Virus record (IMG/VR): IMGVR_UViG_3300031178_000001
Direction: 5' to 3' (one strand)
DNA length: 40,623 nucleotides
From: a virus
Shown here: in pieces, positions 6,285 to 15,404 of the stretch
Position numbering within the stretch: position 1 is the stretch's first letter
Layout: each line of letters starts with the position of its first letter
Program-made: the position numbers and the translations under genes
Notes under the pieces: model-generated
Told to the model about the DNA's origin: nothing
Seen by the model: the letters and a program-made list of their open reading frames with translations, nothing else
Database searches by the model: none

Positions 6285-6694
6285 TGGCGGACAAAGTCAA
6301 GCTGCCGCGAGAAGTGGCGGAGGCGTTGGAGAAGATTTTGAAGGACGAACCTGATCTTGATAAAGATAGACAATTCATTGTGTGGAACTCAGCACATGCA
6401 CCTAACAAATTTGATAGCGGACCATGGGGTGTTCTGTATGATTTCGTAGGTTCGGGGAACATCTTCCTTCTGGCCGACGCCCTCCGCTACGGCTACGAAG
6501 TCGAACTGGAGCCGATCACGGTCACCATCACGCCGGAGATGCAAGAAAAAATCACCCAATATTACGCAAATCTCGACCCCAACACGCAGGAGGACGCCTT
6601 TGACCGGGAATTTGTATTGGGCGAGCGTTCCGGCGTCAGATTCACACTCAAAATGCTCGGCATCACGATCCCCGGCATCCCGTCGGAAGGATGA
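6284..6694 (+). CDS. Hypothetical protein, 136 aa
   Basis: ATG 6284 shares its A with the upstream stop (TGATG). Confidence 0.6.
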   Translation: MADKVKLPREVAEALEKILKDEPDLDKDRQFIVWNSAHAPNKFDSGPWGVLYDFVGSGNIFLLADALRYGYEVELEPITVTITPEMQEKITQYYANLDPNTQEDAFDREFVLGERSGVRFTLKMLGITIPGIPSEG

Positions 6695-6717
6695 CCGTCA
6701 ATTAACCGGTACAAGGG

Positions 6718-7629
6718 GTGGAAGTCTTGAAAATCTGTTATCGGGAGATCAATTTCCGGCCTGACAGTCTGGCGCTGATTGAACAGGTAAACGGCATCAT
6801 CGACGAATACCAGCGCATGGGCTATTCGCTCACGTTGCGACAAGTCTATTACCAGCTGGTCGCCAGAGACATCATCCCGAACAACGAGCGCAGTTATAAA
6901 AATCTCGGCAATTTGATCAATGACGCACGCCTTGCCGGCCTTATCAGCTGGGAAGCGATCGTTGATCGCACGCGGTACATTCGGAAGAACAGCCACTGGG
7001 CTGGTCCCTCTGAGATCGTATGGGCGGCTGCAAATCAGCTCTTTTACGATCGTTGGGCTGACCAGGATTATTATGTCGAGGTTTGGGTTGAGAAAGACGC
7101 GCTTGTCGACGTTGTCGGTAAGACCTGCGAAGAACTGGACGTGCCCTACTTCTCGTGCCGTGGATACGTCAGCCAGTCCGAAATGTGGACCGCTGCTCAG
7201 CGGTTGCGCGACAAGGCCGACGACGGGAAGGAGATCGTCGTCCTCCACCTGGGCGACCACGACCCGAGCGGCATCGACATGAGCCGGGATATCGAGGAGC
7301 GGCTGAATCTCTTCGAAGCATATCCGACTTTCCGGCGGATTGCTCTGAACATGGATCAAATCGAGGAATACAGCCCGCCGCCGAACCCGGCGAAACTGTC
7401 CGACAGCCGCGCAAGGGACTATATCAGCCGACATGGCTACGAAAGTTGGGAGCTCGATGCCCTTCGCCCGGAAGTAATCGATGAGCTCATCCGCGAGCAC
7501 GTCTACGAATTCCGTGATCCGAATCTCCTCGATGAGATCGTGGAGCGCGAAGAGCGCGACAAGGAACTGCTCAAGAATGTGGCGCGGAACTGGAGAGACG
7601 TTGAAACCAAATACCGAGCGGAGGACTGA
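6718..7629 (+). CDS. Top6A/Spo11-like protein (5Y-CAP + Toprim; 'Mini-A' type), 303 aa
   Basis: LTLRQVYYQLV matches the CAP-domain catalytic-Tyr motif. VEVWVEKDAL matches the Toprim Glu. HLGDHDPSGIDM matches Toprim DxDxxG. Confidence 0.6.
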   Translation: MEVLKICYREINFRPDSLALIEQVNGIIDEYQRMGYSLTLRQVYYQLVARDIIPNNERSYKNLGNLINDARLAGLISWEAIVDRTRYIRKNSHWAGPSEIVWAAANQLFYDRWADQDYYVEVWVEKDALVDVVGKTCEELDVPYFSCRGYVSQSEMWTAAQRLRDKADDGKEIVVLHLGDHDPSGIDMSRDIEERLNLFEAYPTFRRIALNMDQIEEYSPPPNPAKLSDSRARDYISRHGYESWELDALRPEVIDELIREHVYEFRDPNLLDEIVEREERDKELLKNVARNWRDVETKYRAED

Positions 7630-7634
7630 CCGCC

Positions 7635-7886
7635 ATGCCGCAGCTCAAGCCCAAAATCACCCTCGAGCTCGACGGACAGGAGGCCGCCATCATCGGCAGC
7701 GCGCTGCTGGAGCAGGCGGCCCGGTGCCGGGACGAGACGCGCGCCCGGCTTAACCAGTTGATCGCCTCGAAGGTGTATGAGGCGCGGCGGCGGCATCATG
7801 AGGCGGCTGCCGCGATATTGACTCAGCGCTATTTCGGGGAGGGATTGAGACATGCCGAACATCACCACACCGGCCCGGGACCTTGA
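7635..7886 (+). CDS. Hypothetical protein, 83 aa
   Basis: ORF in the operon. Overlaps the next gene by 35 nt. Confidence 0.5.
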   Translation: MPQLKPKITLELDGQEAAIIGSALLEQAARCRDETRARLNQLIASKVYEARRRHHEAAAAILTQRYFGEGLRHAEHHHTGPGP

Positions 7887-8160
7887 GGTCGACCTCGCAA
7901 TCTGCGAGGCGGCCACGCCGGGGCCGTGGATGGATCATAAGGAGCATGACCTTTGGCGAGAAGTACGCGCCAACCACTCTATGATTGCGGATTGCTTGAC
8001 TGATTCAGACGCCCGATTCATCGCCGAAGCCCGCACCGGCTGGCCGTATGCAATCCGGCGGGCGCTGGAGGCGGAGGCCGAGGTCGACCGGCTGCGCAAC
8101 GAGTTGAACATCCTGCAGGAGCAGCTGGAGCAACGGGGTGTCAGCCGCATTGAAAAGTAA
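7852..8160 (+). CDS. Ead/Ea22-like protein, 102 aa
   Basis: AICEAATPGPW motif followed by a C-terminal coiled coil. GGAGGG RBS. Confidence 0.55.
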   Translation: MPNITTPARDLEVDLAICEAATPGPWMDHKEHDLWREVRANHSMIADCLTDSDARFIAEARTGWPYAIRRALEAEAEVDRLRNELNILQEQLEQRGVSRIEK

Positions 8161-9409
8161 AGTCCAACTCCTCCCGCACCAAGTCCAACTGCTTGAACAA
8201 ACCAAAGACAAGTCCCGCGTGGCCTATTACGCATCGATGGGACTTGGGAAAACCTTCATCGCCGGCGAAAAACATCGACAGCTCGGTTATCCAATCGCCC
8301 TGGTCATTTGCCAGAAGTCGAAGATCGATGACTGGGTCAAGCACTTCGAAACCTACTACGACTACCCGGTGATCGTGTTCGACTCACAGAAGGTCGATCA
8401 ACTGCCTGATAAGTGTGTCCTGGTCATCAATTACGACAAAGTTTGGCGCCGGCCGGAGCTGCTCAAACTCATGAACTACACGCTGATCCTGGATGAGTCC
8501 AGCTACATCGCCAACGAGTCAGCGAAGCGTACCAAATTCATCATGAAACTCCGGACGACCAATGTGATTCTGCTGTCCGGCACGCCGACAGGCGGGAAAT
8601 ATGAGCAGCTTTGGACGCAAGCAAACCTGCTTGGCTGGAAAATTTCAAAGGACCTTTTCTGGAAGCAGTATATTGAAACCGAATGGATTGAGGACCCGGG
8701 AGGGCACAAGACACAGGTCATCACCGGTTACAAGAACGTCGACCGGCTCAAATCCAAACTACGAGAATATGGCGCAGTATTCATGACCGATGAAGACGCG
8801 GGCATCGAGCTTCCAGAGAAAGTGGACACCGTGGTCAGCGTCCGAAACACGAAAGAATACAGCCGATTCAAGCGCGAACGCATCATAGAGATCGACGGGA
8901 AGACGCTTATTGGAGACACAGCTCTTACCAAAATGCTTTATCTCCGCCAGCTAGCCGGTTTGTACAATCCGGGGAAATATGAAGCGCTGCAGGATTTGCT
9001 CGAATCCACCGGTGACAGAGTGCTCGTCTTTTATAATTTTCGTGCGGAGTACGAACGGATCCGCAAGATTTGCGAAGAGCTTGGAAAACCGATCAGTACA
9101 GTCAACGGAGACGAGAAAGACTTGACTGCTTTTCAGGAGCAGGAGGAATCGGTCACGCTCTTACAATATCAATCCGGAGCTCTCGGGCTCAATCTGCAGC
9201 TGGCCAACAAGATCATCTATTTTTCCCCGCCGCTGGAAAGCATTTTGTTCGAGCAGTCGCAACGGCGGACCAGACGAATCGGCCAGTCCAGGACGTGTTT
9301 TTATTGGTACCTGGTCACCAAGGGAAGCATCGAAGAGCAGATTTACGAAACGCTGAAGCAACGCAAAGACTTCACGGACAAATTGTTTGAGGAGGTATAC
9401 GATGCCTGA
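8138..9409 (+). CDS. SNF2-family DEAD/H helicase, 423 aa
   Basis: LLPHQ, MGLGKT (motif I), LILDESS (motif II), QSQRRTRRIGQ (motif VI). Confidence 0.88.
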   Translation: MSAALKSKVQLLPHQVQLLEQTKDKSRVAYYASMGLGKTFIAGEKHRQLGYPIALVICQKSKIDDWVKHFETYYDYPVIVFDSQKVDQLPDKCVLVINYDKVWRRPELLKLMNYTLILDESSYIANESAKRTKFIMKLRTTNVILLSGTPTGGKYEQLWTQANLLGWKISKDLFWKQYIETEWIEDPGGHKTQVITGYKNVDRLKSKLREYGAVFMTDEDAGIELPEKVDTVVSVRNTKEYSRFKRERIIEIDGKTLIGDTALTKMLYLRQLAGLYNPGKYEALQDLLESTGDRVLVFYNFRAEYERIRKICEELGKPISTVNGDEKDLTAFQEQEESVTLLQYQSGALGLNLQLANKIIYFSPPLESILFEQSQRRTRRIGQSRTCFYWYLVTKGSIEEQIYETLKQRKDFTDKLFEEVYDA

Positions 9410-9710
9410 ACAACAGTTACAGCTCGTTGACCGAAGGGCGCAAGCGGTGATCAAGAAATTGCACGGCTTGGAAGTTCGTTTCCAAAAGCTGAGCGAACAG
9501 CGCGAACTGCTGAAAGAACAGCTGCGCGAAGTGATGGCCCGAAACGACATCAAGAAGATCGACACCGACGATTTTACCATCACATACGTGGATGAAACGG
9601 TGACACACCGGTTCGATAGCGCCAAGTTCAAAAAGGATCATCCGGAAACGTATGAACTCTATCAGAGCCCGTCCGTCGTGAAAGCTCACGTAAGATTCAA
9701 GCTGAAATGA
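9402..9710 (+). CDS. Hypothetical coiled-coil protein, 102 aa
   Basis: ATG 9402 after a GAGGAGG RBS. Confidence 0.6.
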   Translation: MPEQQLQLVDRRAQAVIKKLHGLEVRFQKLSEQRELLKEQLREVMARNDIKKIDTDDFTITYVDETVTHRFDSAKFKKDHPETYELYQSPSVVKAHVRFKLK

Positions 9711-10108
9711 GAGAATCGCAGTTTCAAAGCAGAGTTTTAGATTTTCTGCGGAGCCAGGGCATTTACTTCATCAAGTATTGGGGCGGCGGCCGATTCACTC
9801 GCGCTGGCGTCCCGGACATCATCGCTTGCGTGAACGGCATTTTCATCGCGATTGAGCTCAAAACCGAAACAGGTCGGGTATCGAAACTGCAGGAATTCAA
9901 CCTGGACAAAATCCATGAGTCCGGAGGAATGGGTTTGGTGCTCCGGCCGGCTGATTTCCCAACTTTCCAAAAATTCATACGGGAGGTGAAACGGTGCAAT
10001 ATAGCTATTCCCGAGTATCCACCTTCAAGCAATGCCGGCGCCGGTTTAAGTTCCAGTACATCGACAAGCTCAAGACGGTCCCGGACCAAACCGCCGACAG
10101 CGCACTGA
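9707..10108 (+). CDS. VRR-NUC domain nuclease, 133 aa
   Basis: GVPDIIACVNGIFIAIELKTETGRVSKLQ matches the D...ExK core. The last ~38 codons overlap the next gene and look low-complexity. Confidence 0.75.
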   Translation: MRESQFQSRVLDFLRSQGIYFIKYWGGGRFTRAGVPDIIACVNGIFIAIELKTETGRVSKLQEFNLDKIHESGGMGLVLRPADFPTFQKFIREVKRCNIAIPEYPPSSNAGAGLSSSTSTSSRRSRTKPPTAH

Positions 10109-11613
10109 TTGTCGGGAACGCAATTCATCTCGGCATCGAAAAAGACACCAGAACAATGCTGGATCATTATTTCAGCCAGTTCTATGTCATTACGGATGAG
10201 CAAATCAACGAAGCCATCAAGCTGGAAATCGTACTTCAAAAGGTGAAAGTGCTGCTGGACGGGGTCAACATCCTGCATCACGAATACAAAATTGATTTTC
10301 CAGAGTTCACCGGAATCGTTGATTTGATTATCGACAATGGTGACGGGACTGTGGATGTCTTGGACTTCAAATATTCAAATAACGTCGATCGTTATCTGGA
10401 ATCCGGACAACTGCACATTTACAAATGGTATTTGGAACGTGCCGGGTTTAAGGTGAATCGTCTTGGATTCATCTTTATCCCGAAAATCACAACGTCCGGG
10501 AGATACGCCAAATTGCGTCAGCGGGAAGGAGAAAGCTTATACCATTTCCGCGAGCGAATCAAAGCAGCGGTCCGAGAAACTGAGATTCAGCTAATTCGAG
10601 TTGAATACGACGAATCCAAAGTCCAGGAATACTTCGCAGACATTGAAAACATCGAAGCCGCACTGCAATACCCGAAAAATGTCACAAAACTGTGTGACTG
10701 GTGTGAATATAAAAATTTTTGTTTGGAGGAGATTGACTATATGATTCTGCCCAAAAATGAACGCCGGCCTGTGACAATCAACACGACGCCCGACATGTGG
10801 CTGTATGGAGACAGCTACTCCGGAAAAACCGTATTCATGGACTCTTTCGACGATGTACTCATGATCAACACGGACGGCAACATCGATCACATCAGTTCGC
10901 CAGTCGTCCGGATCATGGACACGGTGAAAGTTGAAGGTCGGCTGACAACGCGAATTTTCGCTTGGAAAAACTTCCTCGACGTGATCACGGAGCTGGAGAA
11001 AAAGCAAAATGACTTCAAAACGGTCGTGGTCGACCTGGTGGAAGATCTCTGGGAGCACTGCCGGCTGTACATGTATGACAAACTCGGTATCGAGCACGAA
11101 CATGATGCCGGCTACGGCAAAGGTTACGACATGGTTCGGACAGAGTTTCTTTCCAACATGAAACGGCTGAAAAACTGCGGCTACCAGCTGGTGTATATCA
11201 GCAAGCTCGCCGTGTCAGAGATCACGCAGAAAAACGGCGCCAAGATCACTACGTTCAAGCCTAACATCAATGACAAAGTGGCCAATGTCCTGGCCGGCAC
11301 CGTCGACTTGACGGCCATGGTCGTGGCTGACGGTGATGAACGGTATCTGAGCTTCAAAACCTCACCGTACATTTTCGGTGGCAGCCGATACAATTTCGGA
11401 GTTGACCGGATTCCGCTGAACCGGGACGAATTCGTCAAAACGCTGACGGCTGCGCAGAAAGGAAAAGCCGCGGCAAAGGTTGAAACAGCTGAGTCCGAAA
11501 AAACCGAAACGGAAACTCCGGCTAATGATGCCGTTCGGGATTCGGCACCGGTTGACACCCAACAATCGGAAGCCGAAGAACAAGCTTCCCGCCCGCGCCG
11601 TCGTCGCGCCTAA
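9994..11613 (+). CDS. Fusion protein: Cas4/RecB-like PD-(D/E)XK nuclease + AAA_24 (Sak4/RecA-like) ATPase, 539 aa
   Basis: N-terminus YSYSRVSTFKQCRRRFKFQYID..., IVDLIID...LDFKY and Cys cluster CDWCEYKNFC. C-terminal half has the Walker A motif LYGDSYSGKT. Acidic tail. Confidence 0.75.
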   Translation: MQYSYSRVSTFKQCRRRFKFQYIDKLKTVPDQTADSALIVGNAIHLGIEKDTRTMLDHYFSQFYVITDEQINEAIKLEIVLQKVKVLLDGVNILHHEYKIDFPEFTGIVDLIIDNGDGTVDVLDFKYSNNVDRYLESGQLHIYKWYLERAGFKVNRLGFIFIPKITTSGRYAKLRQREGESLYHFRERIKAAVRETEIQLIRVEYDESKVQEYFADIENIEAALQYPKNVTKLCDWCEYKNFCLEEIDYMILPKNERRPVTINTTPDMWLYGDSYSGKTVFMDSFDDVLMINTDGNIDHISSPVVRIMDTVKVEGRLTTRIFAWKNFLDVITELEKKQNDFKTVVVDLVEDLWEHCRLYMYDKLGIEHEHDAGYGKGYDMVRTEFLSNMKRLKNCGYQLVYISKLAVSEITQKNGAKITTFKPNINDKVANVLAGTVDLTAMVVADGDERYLSFKTSPYIFGGSRYNFGVDRIPLNRDEFVKTLTAAQKGKAAAKVETAESEKTETETPANDAVRDSAPVDTQQSEAEEQASRPRRRRA

Positions 11614-11648
11614 TCAATAAAAAATTCAAAAAGGAGAACTGATCAACC

Positions 11649-12107
11649 ATGACTCAATCCATTTGGGAAAAATTCGACCAAGCGATCGACACGAAAGCAC
11701 TGAAAGAAGATGTCAAAGCTGCTGCGGAAAACGGCGGCGGGGAGTACCGGGAAGTCCCGGTCGGAAAATATGAAGTAAAAATCACGAAGCTGGAACTCGC
11801 TGAAACCAAGGACGGAAAGCCGAAAATGAGCTGCTGGATGCAGATCCTGGACGGCGAGTACAAAGGCTCGTATATCTTCTACAACCAAGTGCTGCATACC
11901 GGCTTCGGAATTCACAACGCCAACGAATTCCTGCGCAGCCTGGACAGCGGAATTGATGTCCAGTTCGAAAACTTCAAACAATACCACGAGTTGCTTTTGG
12001 ACATCCACGAAGCGATCGACGGAAAGCTGGAATACGCGCTCGAGTACGGCGAAAACAGCAGAGGGTACAAAACCTACAAAATCGTCGAAGTGTTCGACGC
12101 GCAGTAA
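11649..12107 (+). CDS. DUF669-like protein (SSB-like role in this type of module), 152 aa
   Basis: VPVGKYEVKITKLELAETKDGKPKMSCWMQILDGEYKG pattern. Positioned after the AAA_24 gene. Confidence 0.6.
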   Translation: MTQSIWEKFDQAIDTKALKEDVKAAAENGGGEYREVPVGKYEVKITKLELAETKDGKPKMSCWMQILDGEYKGSYIFYNQVLHTGFGIHNANEFLRSLDSGIDVQFENFKQYHELLLDIHEAIDGKLEYALEYGENSRGYKTYKIVEVFDAQ

Positions 12108-12162
12108 AACGGGAAGAGGGGATTCGGACACGGGTCCCCTCTTTCAAAAATGGAGGAAGTCA

Positions 12163-12717
12163 ATGGACATCAAGCCAATTGAAACCCGATATAGGGGATA
12201 TCGTTTTCGGAGCCGGCTGGAGGCCCGATGGGCCGTGTTTTTCGACAATCTTGGTCTGAAATGGGAGTACGAAAAGGAAGGTTACGACCTAGGGAATTTG
12301 GGTTATTATTTACCGGACTTTTGGGTTGAAAACCTTCATGATCGTTTTGGCCGCCGCGGCATGTTTGTTGAAATCAAAGGCCATCAAGCAACCGATCTTG
12401 AAATCGAGAAATTGGCCCGTTTACTGAAACCCGGTGAGCATGCTGCCATGTTGGACGAAGGAATGAAACCATTTGGACCTTACGGCGACGAAAACGAATT
12501 TTTGGAAGTCTCCTGGCACAATGGTGGAGTTGGTATCGATCTGCCAATGGTTTTCATGAAATGTTACTCCTGCGGCGCCGTCAAATATGAATTCGCGGAA
12601 CAAAATTATTGCGTTTGCGAATTATGTGGAAGCCCTGCTGATAACGACCATCCGGCCATCATACGGGCATACGAAAAAGCATTATCTGCTCGATTTGAGT
12701 TTGGTGAGTGCGGATGA
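12163..12717 (+). CDS. TnsA/Hjc-like PD-(D/E)XK endonuclease with C-terminal Zn ribbon, 184 aa
   Basis: ATG 12163 with a GGAGGAAG RBS. FRSRLEARWAVFFDNLGLKWEYE...YLPDFWV...VEIKG. CYSCG...CELCG. Confidence 0.65.
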   Translation: MDIKPIETRYRGYRFRSRLEARWAVFFDNLGLKWEYEKEGYDLGNLGYYLPDFWVENLHDRFGRRGMFVEIKGHQATDLEIEKLARLLKPGEHAAMLDEGMKPFGPYGDENEFLEVSWHNGGVGIDLPMVFMKCYSCGAVKYEFAEQNYCVCELCGSPADNDHPAIIRAYEKALSARFEFGECG

Positions 12718-14435
12718 TTTTCTTCGATGCTGAGGTCTTTCGTTTCGACTGGATGTTCGTATTTATGGACACCGATTCCAAAACCACAACCGAAATTGTG
12801 AATGATCCGGACCGGTTGAAACAGTTTTATGAAGACCACAAAAACGACATCTGGGTCGGGTACAACTGCCGGCATTATGACCAGTATATCCTGAAAGCCG
12901 TTCTTTGCGGCTTCGATCCTTGGAAAGTTTCGGACTACATCATCAACCAAAAACAAGCGGGCTGGACCTACAGCAATATGTTCCAGAAGATTCAGCTCTA
13001 CCACTTCGACGTGATGACAGACAAAAGCAAAGGTTTGAAGCAGCTCGAAGGCTTCATGGGGTCCAACATTCGGGAAACCTCGGTGCCATTTGATATTGAC
13101 CGAAAACTCACCGACAAGGAAATCACCGAAGTTCTCGCGTATTGCCGGCACGACGTCGAACAAACGATGAATGTGTTCATTGAGCGGATCAAAGAGTTTG
13201 AATCTCACATGGCACTCATCAAAATGTTCAAACTACCGCTGTCATATTTGTCCAAAACCAAAGCTCAGCTGGCCGCGGTGATTCTGGATGCCCGCAAGCA
13301 AGAGCGTCATGACGAGTTCGACATCCGGCTGCCTGACACGCTGCGGATTGAAAAGTATCAACACATCGTGGACTGGTACTTGGCTCCAGAGAACCGGGAC
13401 TATGAAAAAATACTGAACGTGGAGGTCGCCGGCGTGCCGCATACATTCGCTTGGGGCGGCCTGCACGGTGCCCGGAACAACTATCAGGGAGAAGGTGTGT
13501 TTCTCTCGGTTGATGTGGCCAGTTATTACCCGGCCCTGATGATTGAGTATGGTTTCCTAAGTCGGAACGTCGCGGATCCGAACAAATTCCGGCAAATCCG
13601 GGACGAGCGGCTGCGCTACAAAGCCGAGAAAAATCCGCTCGCGAATCCGCTGAAAATTGTGATCAACAGCGTCTATGGCACCATGAAAGACAAATATAAC
13701 CCGCTCTATGATCCGCTTCAGGCCAACAACGTATGCGTCGGCGGTCAACTCCTGCTTCTGGATCTGATCGAACAACTGGAGCCCGTGGTCGAGCTGATCC
13801 AGTCCAACACAGACGGACTGATCGTTCGGATCCCGAAACGTGAGAACGTCGAAATTGTGCATGAGCTCTGTGCAGAATGGCAGGCCCGCACGCGGATGGT
13901 ATTGGAGTTTGAAGTATTCTCACGAATCTACCAAAAAGACGTGAACAATTACATCATCGTGAAGAAGGACGGCAGTTACAAGTCAAAAGGCGCCTACGTG
14001 AAGAAGCTGGACCGTCTTGACTATGATCTGCCAATCGTGAACAAAGCGGTTGTGGAGTATTTTGTTCACGGTACGGATCCGGCGGAAACGATCCAAAACT
14101 GTAACCGCCTGATCGAGTTCCAGAAGGTCGTCAAGGTCAGCGAGAAGTACGGTTACGCGCTGCACGGTAACAGACGACTCTCGGAAAAAGTGCTGAGGGT
14201 GTTCGCTTCCCGCTCGCATCTTGATCCAGGCGTTTACAAGGTAAAATCCGATGCTGAACGGCCGGAGAAAATTGCCGGCACTCCGGAGCGGTGTTTTATC
14301 GAAAACGGCGATATCCGGGAAGCGCGAATTCCGCGAAAACTGGACAAGAACTGGTATATCGAAACGGCCCGGAAACGGATCACGGATTTCTTGGGTGAGT
14401 CTGACGATGCAGAACAAGTGGAATTTCTGTTTTAG
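12714..14435 (+). CDS. Compact family-B DNA polymerase with 3'-5' exonuclease, about 573 aa
   Basis: Exo I FFDAEVF, Exo II GYNCRHYD, Exo III YCRHDVEQ. Pol A DVASYYPALM, Pol B KIVINSVYGT, Pol C SNTDGL. ATG 12714 overlaps the upstream stop; GTG 12708 is the alternative start. Confidence 0.8.
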   Translation: MIFFDAEVFRFDWMFVFMDTDSKTTTEIVNDPDRLKQFYEDHKNDIWVGYNCRHYDQYILKAVLCGFDPWKVSDYIINQKQAGWTYSNMFQKIQLYHFDVMTDKSKGLKQLEGFMGSNIRETSVPFDIDRKLTDKEITEVLAYCRHDVEQTMNVFIERIKEFESHMALIKMFKLPLSYLSKTKAQLAAVILDARKQERHDEFDIRLPDTLRIEKYQHIVDWYLAPENRDYEKILNVEVAGVPHTFAWGGLHGARNNYQGEGVFLSVDVASYYPALMIEYGFLSRNVADPNKFRQIRDERLRYKAEKNPLANPLKIVINSVYGTMKDKYNPLYDPLQANNVCVGGQLLLLDLIEQLEPVVELIQSNTDGLIVRIPKRENVEIVHELCAEWQARTRMVLEFEVFSRIYQKDVNNYIIVKKDGSYKSKGAYVKKLDRLDYDLPIVNKAVVEYFVHGTDPAETIQNCNRLIEFQKVVKVSEKYGYALHGNRRLSEKVLRVFASRSHLDPGVYKVKSDAERPEKIAGTPERCFIENGDIREARIPRKLDKNWYIETARKRITDFLGESDDAEQVEFLF

Positions 14436-14448
14436 AGGGGGGATTCGC

Positions 14449-15267
14449 ATGCCTGGCAAACGACCCGGAACAAAGAACTGGACGAAAGAGGAAATCGATT
14501 ATCTGCAGGCGAGCTGGGGAAAAGTCAGCATCAAAACAATTTCCAAGAATCTTGGGAAATCGATTGAAGCAGTAAAACTCAAAGCCCAACGATGCGGCCT
14601 TGGCGATGCTCGGTTTTCTTATGACGGAATAACCGTCAGTCAGTTGATGAAGGCGCTGGATAAAAGCTATTCGGCGGTGAATACTTGGATCCGGAAATAC
14701 GGAATGCCGGTCAAAAGGAAGGTTTTTGCGAAGTCTGCCCGCGTGAAAGTAATCACCTTTGACGATTTTTGGGAGTGGGCCGAGCAGCACAAGGAACTGC
14801 TCAACTTCTCCAAGATGGAGCCGGGCACGCTTGGGCCCGAGCCAGAATGGATGGTTGAAAAGCGGAGAGCCGACATGATGCGTTCGCAAAAGACGAAACG
14901 TGCTGTTCCCTGGACGCCATCCGAAGATCAACAACTGAAGCAGATGGTGCGAATGTCTGGTATGACCTATCCCAAATTAGCCGCCCATTTCAACCGATCG
15001 GAAGGTGCAATCAAGCGTCGGCTCTACGATTTGGGAATCAAATTGCGTCCAGAACGCCTGGAAAACCACATCAAATACACGCCGGAAGAAATTCGCAAAC
15101 TGGCGATTATGGCCCAGCAAGGATACGCCTGTGAGACCATCGCGCGGGAGCTCGGAAAAAGCGCCCTGGGCGTCCGTGGGAAGCTCGAGCGGATGGGATT
15201 TGACTTCAAGCGGCGGGAATTTCGGGATATCGGTGTGCTGTGGGAGCTGACAAGAAAGGTGAATTGA
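14449..15267 (+). CDS. DNA-binding protein with three Myb/SANT-like repeats, 272 aa
   Basis: ATG 14449 after an AGGGGGG RBS. Repeats WTKEEIDYLQASWGK..., WTPSEDQQLKQMVRM... and YTPEEIRKLAIMAQQG.... Confidence 0.6.
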   Translation: MPGKRPGTKNWTKEEIDYLQASWGKVSIKTISKNLGKSIEAVKLKAQRCGLGDARFSYDGITVSQLMKALDKSYSAVNTWIRKYGMPVKRKVFAKSARVKVITFDDFWEWAEQHKELLNFSKMEPGTLGPEPEWMVEKRRADMMRSQKTKRAVPWTPSEDQQLKQMVRMSGMTYPKLAAHFNRSEGAIKRRLYDLGIKLRPERLENHIKYTPEEIRKLAIMAQQGYACETIARELGKSALGVRGKLERMGFDFKRREFRDIGVLWELTRKVN

Positions 15268-15277
15268 CAATTTCTGT

Positions 15278-15357
15278 ATGTCTGAATTGCGCAAAATACC
15301 CCCGAAAAGTGCGCAAGATTGCGCAGAAATCGACCCAAAACTGCGCAATTCAGACAT
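15278..15357. repeat. Nested palindrome with four TGCGCA motifs
   Basis: 16-bp perfect inverted repeat ATGTCTGAATTGCGCA (15278-15293) / TGCGCAATTCAGACAT (15342-15357). Inner TGCGCAAGATTGCGCA (15310-15325). Motif spacing 22-10-22. Confidence 0.8.
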
Positions 15358-15404
15358 GTAAAAATGGGGTATTTCAGGACAAATTCCCGTGAAGGGGTGA
15401 AACC

